From positions 113,274,001 through 113,338,000 of the forward strand of contig OX597814.1 of NCBI GenBank assembly GCA_951406725.2: DNA of 64,000 nucleotides, in the 5' to 3' direction. This DNA comes from Octopus vulgaris. Its lineage: Eukaryota. The notes below the pieces were generated by a model. That model searched no databases, was not told the origin of the DNA, and saw nothing but the letters and a program-made list of their open reading frames with translations. Position numbers and translations under genes: made by a program. Below, one piece after another: positions 1 to 13,480 of this stretch (positions are counted from its first letter, which is position 1; each line of letters starts with the position of its first letter).

Positions 1-413
1 CTGAAGGGTGTAGTCGAATGAATCCACTGTACCTATTTTTAGTGTCTAATATTTATTTTTTATCGGTTTTCTTTCACCGAACCGCTATATCACGGCGAGG
101 TAAACAAACCAACAACAACTGTCAAGCGATAGAATGTTGGCGCCAAAGGCAAACACATACATACTCCCACGCATATGCGCACACACACTCACACTCACAC
201 ATACACACACAAAAACAAAGAGATAGAGAGGGACAGAGAGAGAGGGGTAGAGAGAGAAAGGAGGAGAGAGAGACAGAGAGACAGAGAGAAGTACAACAGC
301 TACACACCAGGCTATTATTATAGAAGATACTTGTTTAAGTGCCACTCCAGGAGACTGAACACGCCACTACATCGTTACAATTACTAGATAATTTTCATTT
401 TAGGCTGTCAGTT

Positions 414-485
414 GGCTCGTTGGTCTAGGGGTATGATTTTCGCTTAGGGTGCGAGAGGTCTCGGGTTCGAATCCCGGACGAACCC
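414..485 (+). tRNA. tRNA-Pro(AGG), variant (2 stem substitutions)
   Basis: 72-nt match to eukaryotic tRNA-Pro GGCTCGTTGGTCTAGGGGTATGA...; GTCTCGGG and GAACCC variants; T-run downstream. Confidence 0.8.
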
Positions 486-890
486 ATTAATTTTGTGGGT
501 TTTTTTTACTTACACTTCTGATACTATACTTTTTAAAACTTTGTTTTTTATTTCCCTAACCCAAATTTGAATTCTGTATATTTTTATGAGTTACTTTCAC
601 CTTGAAACTTTTTTGCAAAGATTTTTTAACATAGGCGTAGGCGTGACTGTTTGGAAGAAGCTTTCTTCCCAACCACATGGTTCTGGGTTCAGTTCCACTG
701 CGTGGCACCTTGGACAAGTGTCTTCTACTATAGCCTCGAGCCGACTAAAGCCTTGTGAGTGGATTTGGTTGACGGAAGCTGAAAGAAGCCCGTCATATAT
801 ATATATAAAACGTTTCTGCCAGCTCGCCGCCTTAAAGAGAAAATATAATGGGAGAACCATGAGATAAAACGTATCGTCTATAACAAACGT

Positions 891-956
891 AGGCTCATCC
901 GGGATTCGAACCCAAGACCTCCCGCACCGAGAACCATACCTCTAGATCAACGAGTC
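891..956 (-). pseudogene. tRNA-Pro pseudogene, anticodon loop deleted
   Basis: Reverse-complement match with a deletion across the anticodon and several substitutions. Confidence 0.8.
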
Positions 957-1491
957 AATTACCAGAGTTCCTTCCGTTACCTTTATTTGAAGATAATATC
1001 TGTATCGATAAGGCGGCGAGATAGCAGAATCGTTAGCACACCGGGTTAGCGGTATTTCGTTTGTCTTTACGTTCTGAGTTCAAATACCGTCGAGGTCAAC
1101 TTTGCTTTTCATCCTTTAGACAAGAAAGTTAATGATTCCTACTTAAGGTTTTTGATTTGAGACCGGATATGTAAGTTGAATATTCAGACAGGAAAGAAAA
1201 TAGAAAAACAAAAAAACATGATATGAACATTATTTAATGAAAACGACGAGGATCTCTCGCACTTAAAGCAAGAATAATGCCCCTACTTTTAGCGATGTCG
1301 GCCGCTTAAATTTCTTTTGATATATTTTCACTGAGTTTTTAGCCAGTGTTAAAAACTATATCGGTTTGGTTGATTTTTCGGACTGGCATTCGGTATTTGG
1401 CTGCCTCTTTCTGGTGATCCGCAATATGGTAAAATCACGTGATACAACAGTGCCACCTACCGGTGCTGATGAAATATCGTCTACCGATTTA

Positions 1492-1851
1492 CTTTATTCT
1501 TTTATTTGACTGCGGCCATGCTGGAGCACCGCCTTTAGTCGAAGAAATCGACTTATTCTTTGAAAGCCTAGTACTTATTCCACCTGTCTCTTCAGCCGAA
1601 CCGCTAAGTTACGGGGGCGTAAACACACCAGCATTGGTTATCACAGACACAGACACAGACAGACAGACAGACAGACAAACACACACACACACACGACGGG
1701 TTTCTTTCAGTTTCCGTCAACCAAATCCACTCACAAAGCTTTGGTCGGCCCGAGGCTATAGTAGAAACACTCACCCAAGGTGCCACGCAGTGGGACTGAA
1801 CCCGGAACCATGTGGTTGGCAAGCAAGCTACTTACCACACAACCACTCCTA
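1492..1851 (-). mobile_element. SINE family A (tRNA-derived head, central microsatellite)
   Basis: Reverse-complement of the 13072-13480 consensus; duplicate at ~20190-20503. Confidence 0.85.
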
Positions 1852-2185
1852 TTGTTTGAGCTTTTAACCAATTAGCACTTAAATTGGCCACATCCGGCCC
1901 AAGTCTTTTACCTGGCCAGATCTGACCTCTCACACCTAACCTGCAATGCCATTATAGAAATAGACATTCACATCTTTGAAATCCCAAACTTACAGATAAT
2001 ATATTAATTTTAACAGCAAATTTAAATAAACAGATATTACTTTTAACAAAATGATCTGAATGCTAGAGTTAAGCACTTGTCTGCGCGGGTAATTTCTCGG
2101 GATGTTTATCGGAGCCAACAGCGTTATAAACAATGCCTGGGTGTTAGGTTGGATGCGCTAATTAATATCTGTTACGAAAGATTCC

Positions 2186-2598
2186 GGTCAAACTAAAGCG
2201 TTTGACCCGAGCAAAAAAAACAAGGGAAAAATAGTGTAATAGGTGTAAAACTACTTTCTCTATAGGAATATGACAAAAAAAAACGCGCGCTCGCGAACGG
2301 ACTTGGAAATTTCACATCGTGAATGTTCCGATCCGCCTCACCAGATCCAAGAAACAAGAGAAAAATGGTGTAATAGGTGCAAAACTATTTGCACTATACG
2401 AATATGACAAAGAACAAAAAACAAAAAAAAAAAAAAATGCACGCTCGCGAAAGGGGGTTGGGGGTGGGGGAGAGGTTTCGGAAAATCCACATCGTCAAAC
2501 CATGGCCTTTAAATTATAGTGTTTGACCCGAGCCGGAAAAAAATTTTTTTAAATAGTGTAATTGGTGTAAAACTACTTGTTCTAAGCGATTATCAAGA

Positions 2599-2630
<32 letters not shown>

Positions 2631-2767
2631 CGAGTCCTCTCCCCCAACCCCCTTTCGCGAGCGCGCATTTTTTTGGTCATATTCGTATAGAGCAAGTTGT
2701 TTTACACCTATTACACTGTTTTTCTTTTTTTTTTTTTTTTGCTCGGGTCAAACGCTTTAGTTTGACT
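2186..2767. mobile_element. MITE/foldback element with long TIRs and internal subrepeats
   Basis: GGTCAAACTAAAGCGTTTGACCCGAGC inverted at both ends; 8-bp TSD AAGATTCC; duplicate at 20840-21491. Confidence 0.85.
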
Positions 2768-3216
2768 AAGATTCCTCTGTCGCTAACCGCTAATATATAT
2801 TTTTTTCGGCGCTGATAATTCCAACAATGACTGACTGAAATGTTTGCAAATATTGTAAAAAAAAAAAGTATTTCTTTCCTTTCTAGTATTATGTTTCCAA
2901 ATACATCTCGTTCTATTGAATCGATGAAACGTTTGTCTGGTTTACACTCATATCCGCTCACCAGTACAGGGTCTATCAATGCGAACTGAGACTTTAGACC
3001 TTGAACAATGAATTATTAATTAGCCATAGATCATACATAAGACCATGATTAGTTAATAATTAGAATTAACAGATAAGAGAAGATTGCAGTCTGGCACAGA
3101 TGACGTGTCCCGTTTTATTAAAATATCAAGTCATATAGTGAAATAGACACATATGAAAGTAAGTTGGATTTAAGAGGTTAGTATTTATAGTTTAGTTTCA
3201 AATACATTTATCAGTT

Positions 3217-3288
3217 GGCTCGTTGGTCTAGGGGTATGATTTTCGCTTAGGGTGCGAGAGGTCCCGGGTTCGAATCCCGGACGAGCCC
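3217..3288 (+). tRNA. tRNA-Pro(AGG), intact
   Basis: Perfect 72-nt cloverleaf, A and B boxes, TTTT terminator downstream. Confidence 0.95.
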
Positions 3289-4364
3289 AATAATTTTCTT
3301 CATTTACACTTCTGATATTATACTTTTTAAAACATCATTTTCATTTCTGTAACTTAATTTAAATTTTAGATTTTTGTTACGTGTTCAATTTAACTTGCAA
3401 TTCTTTTTTTTTTGCAAAGAATTTGGCATAGTAAATTGAACGAGCTTGTGTTTTTGATATTTCGGATGTTTCGAGGGAAGCGAACAGGCAGAATCGTTAT
3501 CACGCCGGACGAAGTGCTTAGCAGCATTTTGCCGTCTTTACGTTCTGAGGTGAAATTCTTTCACCCTATCATCCTTTCGGGGTTGAAATAATTGGGAGTT
3601 GAGCGCAGGAGTCGATGTAATCTAACCCTTTCGCCCAGAACGTCGAACCTTGTGCCTATAGTAGACAGGACATTTCCGATGTTTCAGAATATCTCCGGTT
3701 ATTAATGAATAAAATAATTAACCGGTACTCATTTGTATTTTGAACCTGAGACATTTCGCATCCGAGAAGAAAGCCACACCTCTGAACCAATGGTTCTTAA
3801 CCGGAGTCCATATAAGAGTTTAGTGGGTCCACAAATGCAAAATAAAAATTGTGTCCATAACATTATTTCATTGGCCCGTGGAACGATTTTGCTGTGGATG
3901 TCTTCATTGCAAGAAACCAGCATGTTTCTCTCTCTGATGTTTCACATAGTTCAACAGCTGGGCAATAGCAAAAGCGACAAAATACGCACCTGACTTCAAA
4001 AATAATAAGTACGTGGGTTGATTCGCTTGACTAAAATTGTCCAAGGTGCTGCTCCAGCATGGCCACAGTCTAATGACTGCAACAAGCAAAATAATAATTT
4101 TGAAAGCAGTATCTGTAAAATTAACTTTCAAACATCTAATGGCCATGGGAATAGTGACCCACCTAAAATAGTAACCGAAGGGGGTCCATAGATTAAAAAA
4201 AAAAGTGGTTGAGAACTACTGTTCTAGACAAATGCCTTCTACTCTAGCCTCCGGCTGACCAAGGGTAATCGGACGAAAGCCCACCGTATATATATATACA
4301 TACATATATATACCAACGGTGGTGCCCCAGCATGGCTGCAGCTTTCGGGCTGAAGCATTTTTAA

Positions 4365-4420
<56 letters not shown>

Positions 4421-4697
4421 ATCTTATTTCTGTGTTTGTCGTCCGCAACAGCTTGGCAGCCGGTGTTGGTGTTTTTATGGTTGGTCAATAGCAAAAACGA
4501 CAAAATACGCACCTGACTTCAAAAATAACGAGTACTTGGATTGATGATTCGCTTGACTAAAATTGTAGAAGGTGCTGCCCCAGCATGGCCACAGGCTAAT
4601 GACTGCAATAAGCAATAAATAGTGAAATACATACACGTGTGCAAGGTGAGTTTCAGAATGTACTATTTGCCGTATATTTTCGAGCTTATTAGTAGTT

Positions 4698-4770
4698 GGC
4701 TCGTTGGTCTAGGGGTATGATTTTTCGCTTAGGGTACGAGAGGTCCCGGGTTCGAATCCCGGACGAGCCC
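4698..4770 (+). pseudogene. tRNA-Pro(AGG) variant or pseudogene
   Basis: Extra T before the anticodon stem and a G>A stem mismatch; duplicate at 25488 is intact. Confidence 0.75.
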
Positions 4771-4994
4771 AGCACGGTATTTCACTTTTTTTCTTTTATA
4801 TATTTTTGCTATTTACATCAAATACAATACTTTATTTTCCTTATATTTTCATCATTCCTGTTCCTGTCCTTTCGAGGGTCACACAGATTTAGCAAATGTT
4901 AGGTAAGGCTATCTGCCACTGGAATTGTAATACTGTATTTTTATTATAAACTAGAGATCCATTTTCTCCCCACCCCTCTCTCTACGTACGTACC

Positions 4995-5415
4995 TATGTA
5001 TGTATGTATGTATGTATGTATGTATGTATGTATGTATGTATGTATGTATGTATGTATGTATGTATGTATGTATGTACGTAGTACATACATGCATCGTCTG
5101 CTTTTCCGTCCTCGTTTCGTATACATTCGATGCTTTTTTCCAAGGAATCTAATGCTCTTGACTTAGTTTTTCCTTGGGGTTGGCCAAATTGGAGCAATCT
5201 CAAGATTAATCAGCCGAAATTGCGAGGACGATCCGGTTCTTGACTGAAGATAAAAAGCTTCGAATGAGCCGTCCGCGTTTTTTTCTTTGTATCGTCTATC
5301 TGGATGTTTTGTTGTCCCTTTTTGTATCACCTAGTTGTCCAGATGTTTTGCGTTCTTTCCCGTTTTGTAACTTATTTTATATATATATATAGCGGCGTAC
5401 GTACACTTTGTTCTC

Positions 5416-5446
<31 letters not shown>

Positions 5447-5485
5447 CATACATACATACATACATACATACATACATACATACAT
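4995..5485. repeat. (TATG)n and (CATA)n microsatellites in opposite orientation around a ~340-bp core
   Basis: Direct reading; duplicate at ~25780-26305. Confidence 0.85.
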
Positions 5486-5934
5486 GTATGACTGAACCTG
5501 GAACCGTGTGGTTTGGTAAGCAAGCTACGTACCACACAGCCACTCCTACGCCTATTCACAATTCTGATATTACACTTTTTAAAACACCGTATGAAACATC
5601 TGTAAGTCAATTCTAATTTGGAGATAGTTTTATGTGTTGGATTCAACTTGCAAGGTTTTGTTGTAAAATCTTTGGCATAATTGAACGAGTTTGTGTTTTT
5701 GGTATTTCGAATGTTCCGAGGGAAACGAGCTGGCAGAATCGTTGTCACGCCGGACAAAGTGCTTAGCAGCATTTTGTCCGTCTTTACGTTCTGAGGTGAA
5801 ATTCTTTCATCCTTTCATCCTTTCAGGGCTAAAATAAGTAAGGGTTGAGCATAGGAGTCGCTGTAATCGCCTAACCCTTTCGCCCATAACGCCGAACCTT
5901 GTGCCTATTATAAAAAAATATATTACTGACACAC

Positions 5935-6018
<84 letters not shown>

Positions 6019-6185
6019 GTATGTATGCCTCTTGGAGCTAATCAACGGCAGCATTCGTCCTATTTTCCTGGACTACCATGTTAGCTTGGCGATAACTATT
6101 AATGTCCAGTCCCGCTGCCGTATTCTCCTTTTGAGAGATTTAGGAATATTAATATTTATATGTATGTATATACGTGTATACATAC

Positions 6186-6232
<47 letters not shown>

Positions 6233-6272
6233 TAATAAATCTTCACGAGGTACAAACAGCAACTGCACGACA

Positions 6273-6428
6273 ATGTGAAGTATATTTGCCATTTAAATGT
6301 GGTTAGCCACTAAGGGTGGATGCTACTGTAGCTTGTAGCTTGTAGAAGATGTTCTCCTGGGGCTACAAGCTACAGTAACATCCACCCTTAATGGTTAACC
6401 ACAGTTATATGGCAAATATACTTCACAT
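6273..6428. mobile_element. ~156-bp palindromic MITE-like element
   Basis: About 65-bp near-perfect inverted arms; duplicate at ~26870-27024. Confidence 0.7.
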
Positions 6429-6845
6429 ATGCCCATATATTTATACTTGTTTCAGTAATTTGACTGCGGCCCTGATGGATATATGTTTGTGTGTGTGTCT
6501 TCTGTTTGTCGCCCACAGCAGCTTGGCAGCCAATGTTGTTGTTTTTACGTCACCGTAACATAACAGTTGGGCAATAGCAAAAGCGACAAAATACGCACCT
6601 GACTTCAAAAATAATAAGTACGTGGGTTGATTCGCTTGATTAAAATTGTCCAAGGTGCTGCCCCAGCATGGCCGCAGTCCAATGACTGCAACAAGCAAAC
6701 ATTTTTAAAGTATGTAGTGAAATAGATACACATGCGCGCAAGGTGACTTTCAGAATTCACTATTTCCCGTATATTTTCCGATTCATTTATTAATACTTGC
6801 TTTTTCAGGGGAAATATGATAATTTAGACTTTTGATAGCAAGTGA

Positions 6846-6904
6846 GGCTCGTTGGTCTAGGGGTATGATTCTCGCTTTGGGTGCGAGAGATCCCGGACGA
6901 GCCC
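6846..6904 (+). pseudogene. tRNA-Pro(TGG) with 13-nt T-arm deletion
   Basis: GAGAG|ATCCCGGACGAGCCC junction; otherwise perfect. Confidence 0.9.
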
Positions 6905-7484
6905 TATAATTTTTAAATAAATAAAATAGCTATTACTCTGTAAGTAAATCTTTAATTCGGAATAAAAACTCTAAGCATTGATGTACGCAGTTCTAAACTC
7001 GCAGCGTTTTCATTTCTGGTTTCTGGGGCTGAAGAGGAGCCCCCTCCCCTCCCCGAGAAATGCATCCATCCATCAGTTAGGTTAGTGAATACTCCAAACT
7101 TAGGTAGTGAGGCCAAACTGTCTACAGAAGGAAATTTTTTCCACTGATAAATACAGTGAATGCCTTTCTTTAGGGTTTGAATATTCCCCAATCATTTTAT
7201 TTTATCAACCACGAAGGATGAAATAAGTTGGATCTCACGGGATCAATAAAATAAGCACCATTTAAACACTGGGGTCGATGTAATCGTCTAGCCCTTTCCC
7301 CCAAAATTCAAGGCCCTGTGCTTATAATGGGAGGAAAATTAAAATGGTTTCACAGAAATACTTCAGTTTCATTGAATCGATAAAAACTCCTTGCTTACAC
7401 GTCAGCTCTGCTTCTGGTAATAACAATATATAAAACATATATTTTTAACAAGAAATATGATAGTTTAAGGTCCTGTGTAAGTGT

Positions 7485-7556
7485 GGCTCGTTGGTCTAGG
7501 GGTATGATTCTCGCTTTGGGTGCGAGAGGTCCCGGGTTCGAATCCCGGACGAGCCC
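7485..7556 (+). tRNA. tRNA-Pro(TGG), intact
   Basis: Perfect 72-nt match, T-run downstream. Confidence 0.95.
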
Positions 7557-7887
7557 TTCATTTTTGTTGTAAATGTATTTTGTATTATATTTGCAACATA
7601 GAATTATGGTACTGAAATAAATCTGATACAGAATGAAAGCTCGTCCGTCTTTATGTTCGGTTTCAAATTCCCTTCGTCATTCAGCTTTTCGGGATCGATA
7701 AAATAAGCACGATCTAAACGCTGGGGTCGATGTAATTGACTAACCCGTTCCCGATCATGCAACAGTTTTTATTTGGCCATCGTTACTATTAACACCAAAA
7801 ACGACCTGATCTACATACAAACAAACATGCATGCATGCTTGAAACTTGTCTTTTAAAAGGAAATAGGAAAATTTAGAAATGTCGTTA

Positions 7888-7959
7888 GGCTCGTTGGTCT
7901 AGGGGTATGATTCTCGCTTTGGGTCCGATAGGTCCTGAATTCGAATCTCGGACGAGCCC
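7888..7959 (+). pseudogene. tRNA-Pro(TGG) pseudogene
   Basis: Multiple substitutions in the anticodon and T stems. Confidence 0.8.
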
Positions 7960-8967
7960 TTCAGTTTCATTTTTTATAAATAAATAAAAATTTTATTGTA
8001 TTTTTAGCATTTTCGGATCGATTAAAATAATCACTATTTACGCATTGGGGTCCGTTTCCCGAAAATTCAGGGCCATGTGCTTGGAATGGGAAGAAAATAA
8101 AAATGCTTTCACAAATTTCTTCCGTTTCATTGGATCGATGAAATGGTCCTCTGTTTAAACCTTGAAGCGGCAATTCGAAACTGAACCGCTAGGTTATCGG
8201 TCAGACTCTACGACCATTTCACGCGACCGGTGTATTAAGCAACCAACAGGCGTGAAGTCGTTGCTTGATTCAATTTTCTAGAAGTTTCCTTATAAAAAAA
8301 AATGGCACTTTTAGCGCTTGAACTCTTTGTAGAGCGTTGAAACCAGCCAATTCATTCATATGTCTCATCACTTGCGGGGTAGTTTGTTGAGGAACAGTCA
8401 GACTATCTTGAGACAGATAACTGATTGTCGATAGCACAATTGTTTCTCGGTACCACGGGTCAGTCACAGATTGCGTGTATCAGTAAGCTTGCCGGGTAAC
8501 ATATCACTCCTAGTATGTAATTATTGTAGTTGTTATTTGTAAAGGGCCAACACAGTTTGTGTTTATGTGCGATAATAAAATCTTGTGTTAAATGTTCGTG
8601 GGTGCTGTTCAGGTATTTCTTCGCGTAGCCCCAAATAACATTTTCAGTCGTCAACTCAACCAGGGATCATCTAAGACCAGCCCACAAACCCCCCGCTCGC
8701 AACACCCTCAGATCCACTGCCCACATATTTAACACTAGGTGCATTAATTAAAACCGAGAAATTAAACTTAGAAACATTGAATTATTAATTAGTAATAAAA
8801 CGTTTACAAGATCGAGAGTTGTTAATCTAGAAAAGAGAACTTCGTTCCAGCTCATACGATGTGGTCCGAATTTTTAAAATACGAAGACATGTGAAATAGA
8901 GACAACGTTTGTAAGTTGTGTATCAGAGTTTTCTACTTCTTACATATTAGCACGGTTTCTTACGGTT

Positions 8968-9027
8968 GGCTCGTTGGTCTAGGGGTATGATTCTTCGCCT
9001 AGAGAGCGAGAGATCCCGGACGAGCCT
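8968..9027 (+). pseudogene. tRNA-Pro pseudogene with 13-nt T-arm deletion
   Basis: Mutated anticodon arm plus GAGAG|ATCCCGG junction. Confidence 0.85.
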
Positions 9028-9844
9028 ACTATATCCTTTTTTTTATGAATATGTTTTGTGTTCTATTTGCTTTAGGGAATTGTGGTACAAACAGAAAAAA
9101 TATAATTCTGAATGAATGCGTGGAGGAATGATATTCACTGATACATACTTGCAGTGCCTACGCTTTACGGTTTCTGGTACTGAGGAGGAAGTAACAACTC
9201 CGAAATGCATGCACCCACGAATCTAGTTAGGGAACGCTGCAAACTTGGTGTGTTTACTCGTATCTGTCTACAGAGAGAAGTTCTCTCCAATGATACATAA
9301 AGTGAATGTCTTTGTTACGGGTTCGAATATGCCTCAGGCGATTCTTTTTATCAACCTCGAAGGGCGAAAGGCGAAGTTGGATCTCACGTAATTTGAACTG
9401 AGATCATAAGGATCCAGGAGAAATGCTGCTAAGCATTTTTAGCGACGTTCAAGCGATTGTCCCATTCCGCCACCTTTCTTATTTCATAATTATGAAAAAA
9501 GCTTCCAAAGCAGTCAACTGGTCGATCGTTAGCAACCCGGACAAAATGCTTGGCGTAATTTCTTCTGTCTTTACATTCCGAGTTCCAATTCAAAGAATGC
9601 AAAGCAAATAAAAATTATATTTCAAATTTTCTTTAGTTTCATTGAATCGATAAAATGAACCTCTGGCTAATCTTCAAATCCACTCCCTAAACATTTAAGA
9701 TAAGGTATATTAAATAAAAGCGAAGATGTAAATTATTAGTTAAATTATTAATTAAATCATTAATTAGCAATAAACTGTCAATAAGAGCCTGACTAGTTAA
9801 TCATCAGAAAAAAAAAATCTATAAAAGATGCTAAGAGTAAAAGA

Positions 9845-9912
<68 letters not shown>

Positions 9913-10354
9913 TGTATGGTGGGGAATGCAAGAGATATTTAAAATTATAAAGTGAAATACATCAATTAAATTAAAAATAAAAACCTAGAAACTAAAAATA
10001 TAAGCTGTCTTTTACCAAAGATGAGAAAAGGTGGAATATAATAAATAGTAAAAAAATGTGCACTGGAATGCATCTGGGATCTCTCGCGAAACGAACCGCA
10101 GGAGACGTGAATTAATGCCTTACAAAATTTTATCGCCTTCCTTTGCTAAATTAAGTTTTCTCTTCGATATTTCTTTCATGAATAACAAATCGTGTATCCG
10201 GAGCAAGAAAAAATCGACAACAGTCTAAGTAGTCTAAAACGACACTCCTTGTTCAAACGTCGGCTGTGCCTCTGGTAATAAGAATAGATAAAAAAAATAT
10301 TAATACTTGCTTTTTAACAATAAATATGAAACCTTACACCAGTCGATTAGGTCT

Positions 10355-10426
10355 GGCTCGTTGGTCTAGGGGTATGATTCTCGCTTCGGGTGCGAGAGGT
10401 CCCGGGTTCGAATCCCGGACGAGCCC
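10355..10426 (+). tRNA. tRNA-Pro(CGG), intact
   Basis: Perfect 72-nt match, loop TTCGGGT, T7 terminator. Confidence 0.95.
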
Positions 10427-10471
10427 ATAAATTTTTTTATAAATATATAAAAAAATTAATAAAAAATTTAT

Positions 10472-10543
10472 GGGCGCGTCCGGGATTCGAACCCGGGACC
10501 TCTCGCACCCAAAGCGAGAATCATACCCCTAGACCAACGAGCC
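10472..10543 (-). tRNA. tRNA-Pro(TGG), one acceptor-stem mismatch
   Basis: Reverse-complement 72-nt match, convergent with 10355-10426. Confidence 0.85.
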
Positions 10544-11559
10544 GCACCTGCTCGTCTCCTGTAAGGTATCATATTCATTGTTAAAATATATGTGTGTGTG
10601 TTTATAGTTTATTGTTGACAAACAAAGGCAGTAATTTTATTCAGCTGAATACACGTTATTGATTAGTTGAAATTACAGAAATACGAGAACTTTTGCGTGA
10701 AATAACTTTGTAAATATAAGTTTTTCTCAAAAACGCTAAGAGCAAAAGATATATGACACATTCTACCAGTGTCCGAAGTTTGAAAGTGTTTAGTTACAAA
10801 AAATTATTTTTTAAATCTGTAGGTCAAATGGTAAAGATCCAAGAAATCAAATACTGAATGAAAGCTCTACGCCATGATGCACGCAGATAAAACCTTATAG
10901 CCCCTTCCTTTCCGGAGTCTGGTTCTGAAGATGAGAAAACCACTGAGAAATACATGCGTCAACCAATCAGGTTAGGTAATATTCCAAACTGTTTACAGAG
11001 AGCAATTTTCTCTGACGATAAATACAGTGAATGGTTTTATGGCGAGTTCGAATATACTTCAAACACTTTTTTCATCAAACGCGAAGGATGTAAGTTGGAT
11101 CTTACGTGATTTCAAATCAGGTCATAAAGTGACGGAAGAAATGCCACTAAGCATTTTAGGCAACGCCCTAATAACTCTGTCAACCCATCAACCTTCTTAT
11201 TTCGTAATAACGAGAATGGGTTCTAATGCGGCACGCTGGTTGAATTGTAGCACGCCGGACAAAATGCTTAGCGGCATTCGTCCATCTTTATGTTCTGTTT
11301 CAAATGCCTTCTAAGATTGTCTTCGCCTTTAAGCGTTCCGGGATCGATAAAATAAGCACCATTTAAACACTGGACTCGATGTAATCGATTAACTCGTTCC
11401 CGAAAATTCAAGCAAGTAATCAGCGTGAAGCCATCGCGTGATTCAATTTTCTAGAACTTACTTCCTCTACTCTTATATATAAAAAAAACAAACTCGCTTT
11501 GGACGCTTGAGCCTTTTGCAGAGCTTTGAAACCAGCCGATTCGTTCACATGTCTGACAT

Positions 11560-11622
11560 GTCTAGGGGCTTGATTTTTCGCTTCGTGTGCGAGAGGTCTC
11601 GGGTTCGAATTCCGGACGAGCC
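11560..11622 (+). pseudogene. 5'-truncated tRNA-Pro pseudogene
   Basis: Match starts at GTCTAGGGG; several substitutions; duplicate at 32689-32750. Confidence 0.75.
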
Positions 11623-12176
11623 AAATAATTTACTTTACTTTTTGCTTGCTATTTAGATTACTTGTAATATTTCATTTTTCCTATAATTTCATCATCAACA
11701 TCATCATCATAGATAAATAACGGAACAAGAATTCTGGCTTAGCGGTGAGGCGGGTGTTATAACGGAATTTCCCTCTCCTTCAGAGATGACTATACAAAGA
11801 CTAGGGGTCTCTTACTCCCAGCAGTTAAATGGCAGTGGACTCATCTTAGTTAATTGGTCCTTCGACAGGTTTTGTTTTTCGTCCAACCGGGTGCCCAAAT
11901 AAACCACACCTTCCTTATCACCCAGGCTTGGTAGTGTTGCCGGTTTAGTCGCTAACGGCCCGATCATACGACAGTTTTTATTTGATTACACGATATTAAT
12001 ATAATCAAAAATGACATAATATACATACATACATACATACATGCATACATACATACATACATACATACATACATACATACATACATACATACATACATAC
12101 ATGCATGCATGCATGCATGCACGCTTACTTGCCTTTTGAAAAGAAATAGGAAAACTTAGAACTTGCTCAAGTGTGA

Positions 12177-12248
12177 CGTTCGTTGGTTTAAGTGGTATGA
12201 ATCTCGTTTTGGGTGCGAGAGATCTCGGGTTCGAATCCCAGACGATCA
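12177..12248 (+). pseudogene. Degenerate tRNA-Pro(TGG)
   Basis: Full-length but many substitutions; duplicate at 33245-33311. Confidence 0.75.
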
Positions 12249-12497
12249 CTTCACTTTTTAAAAAATATAAATAAGTAAAATGTTACTGTATTTTGAGCAA
12301 AGAATTATAGTAAACAATTGGTATCTTTAGTTGCAGGAGTGGCTGTGTGGCAAGTAGCTTGCTCACCAACCACATGGTTCCGGGTTCATTCCCACTGTGT
12401 GGTGCCTCGGGCAAGTGTCTTCTACTATAGCTTCGGGCCGATCAAAGCCTTGTGAGCGGATTTGGTAGACGGAAACTGAAAGAAGCCCGTCATGTAC

Positions 12498-12529
<32 letters not shown>

Positions 12530-12985
12530 TTGTGTGAATATGTTTGTGTGTCTGTGTTTGTTTCATTTTTTTTTCTTTTGTTATGAATGCATTGTTTGTT
12601 GTATTTGCAACAAGGAATTATGGTACAGAAATAAATCTGATACAGAAAGTTTTAAACAATGATACGCGCAGATGCAAACAAGCAGCGTCTTCCTCTCCGG
12701 GCTCTGGTGCAGAGAGGAGAAAACCACAGAGAAATGCATGCATCAACCAGTCAGGTTACGGAACGCTCCACACTGTCTTCAGAGGGAAATTTTCTCAAAT
12801 GATAAATGCAGTGAATGGTTACATTGCTGGTTCGAATATCCCTGAAGCATCTTACTTCATCAACCGCGAAAGATGAAGGTCGAAGTTGGATCTTACGTGA
12901 TTTGAACTCAGATCATAAAGATCCGGAACAAATACCACTATGCATTTTTAGCGACACTCTAACGATTCTACCATTTCATCACCCC

Positions 12986-13047
12986 TCTAGGGGTATGATT
13001 CTCGCTTTGGGTGCGAGAGGTCCCGGGTTCGAATCCTGGACGAGCCC
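12986..13047 (+). pseudogene. 5'-truncated tRNA-Pro(TGG)
   Basis: First 10 nt lost by a deletion relative to the duplicate at 34259-34330. Confidence 0.85.
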
Positions 13048-13071
13048 TTCAATTTTATTTTATATATATAT

Positions 13072-13480
13072 AGGTGCAGGAGTGGCTGTGTGGTAAGTAG
13101 CTTGCTTACCAACCACATGGTTCCGGGTTCAGTCCCACTGCGTGACATCTTGGGCAGGTGTCTTCTACTATAGCCTCGGGCCGACCAAAGCCTTGTGAGT
13201 GGATTTGGTAGACGGAAACTGAAAGAAGTCCGTCGTATATATGTTTATATATATATATACATGTGTGTGTGTGTATGTTTGTATGTCTCTGTTTTCCCCA
13301 CAACATCGCTTGACAATCGATAGTGGTGCGTTTACGTCCCCATAACTTAGCGGTTCGGCATAAGTGACCGATAGAATAAGTACTAGGCTTACAAAGAATA
13401 AGTCCTGGCGTCGATTTGCTCGACTAAAAGGCGGTGCTCCAGTATGGCCGCAGTCAAATGACTGAAACAAGTAAAAGAGT
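13072..13480 (+). mobile_element. SINE family A, full length
   Basis: GGAGTGGCTGTGTGGTAAG A-box-like, GGTTCAGTCCC B-box-like, (TA/TG)n core, tail GAAACAAGTAAAAGAG; partial copies at ~632, 12333, 19330, 33389, 56860, 59250. Confidence 0.9.

Noticed and set aside
8968-9027. Suppressor or novel-anticodon tRNA (loop reads CCTAGAG; also 30134)
   Set aside because: The anticodon arm carries an insertion and several mismatches; best explained as a decayed Pro-AGG
10390-10584. Recurring peptides MREVPGSNPGRA / WARPGFEPGTSRTQSENHTPRP
   Set aside because: They are conceptual translations of tRNA-Pro genes, not a protein family
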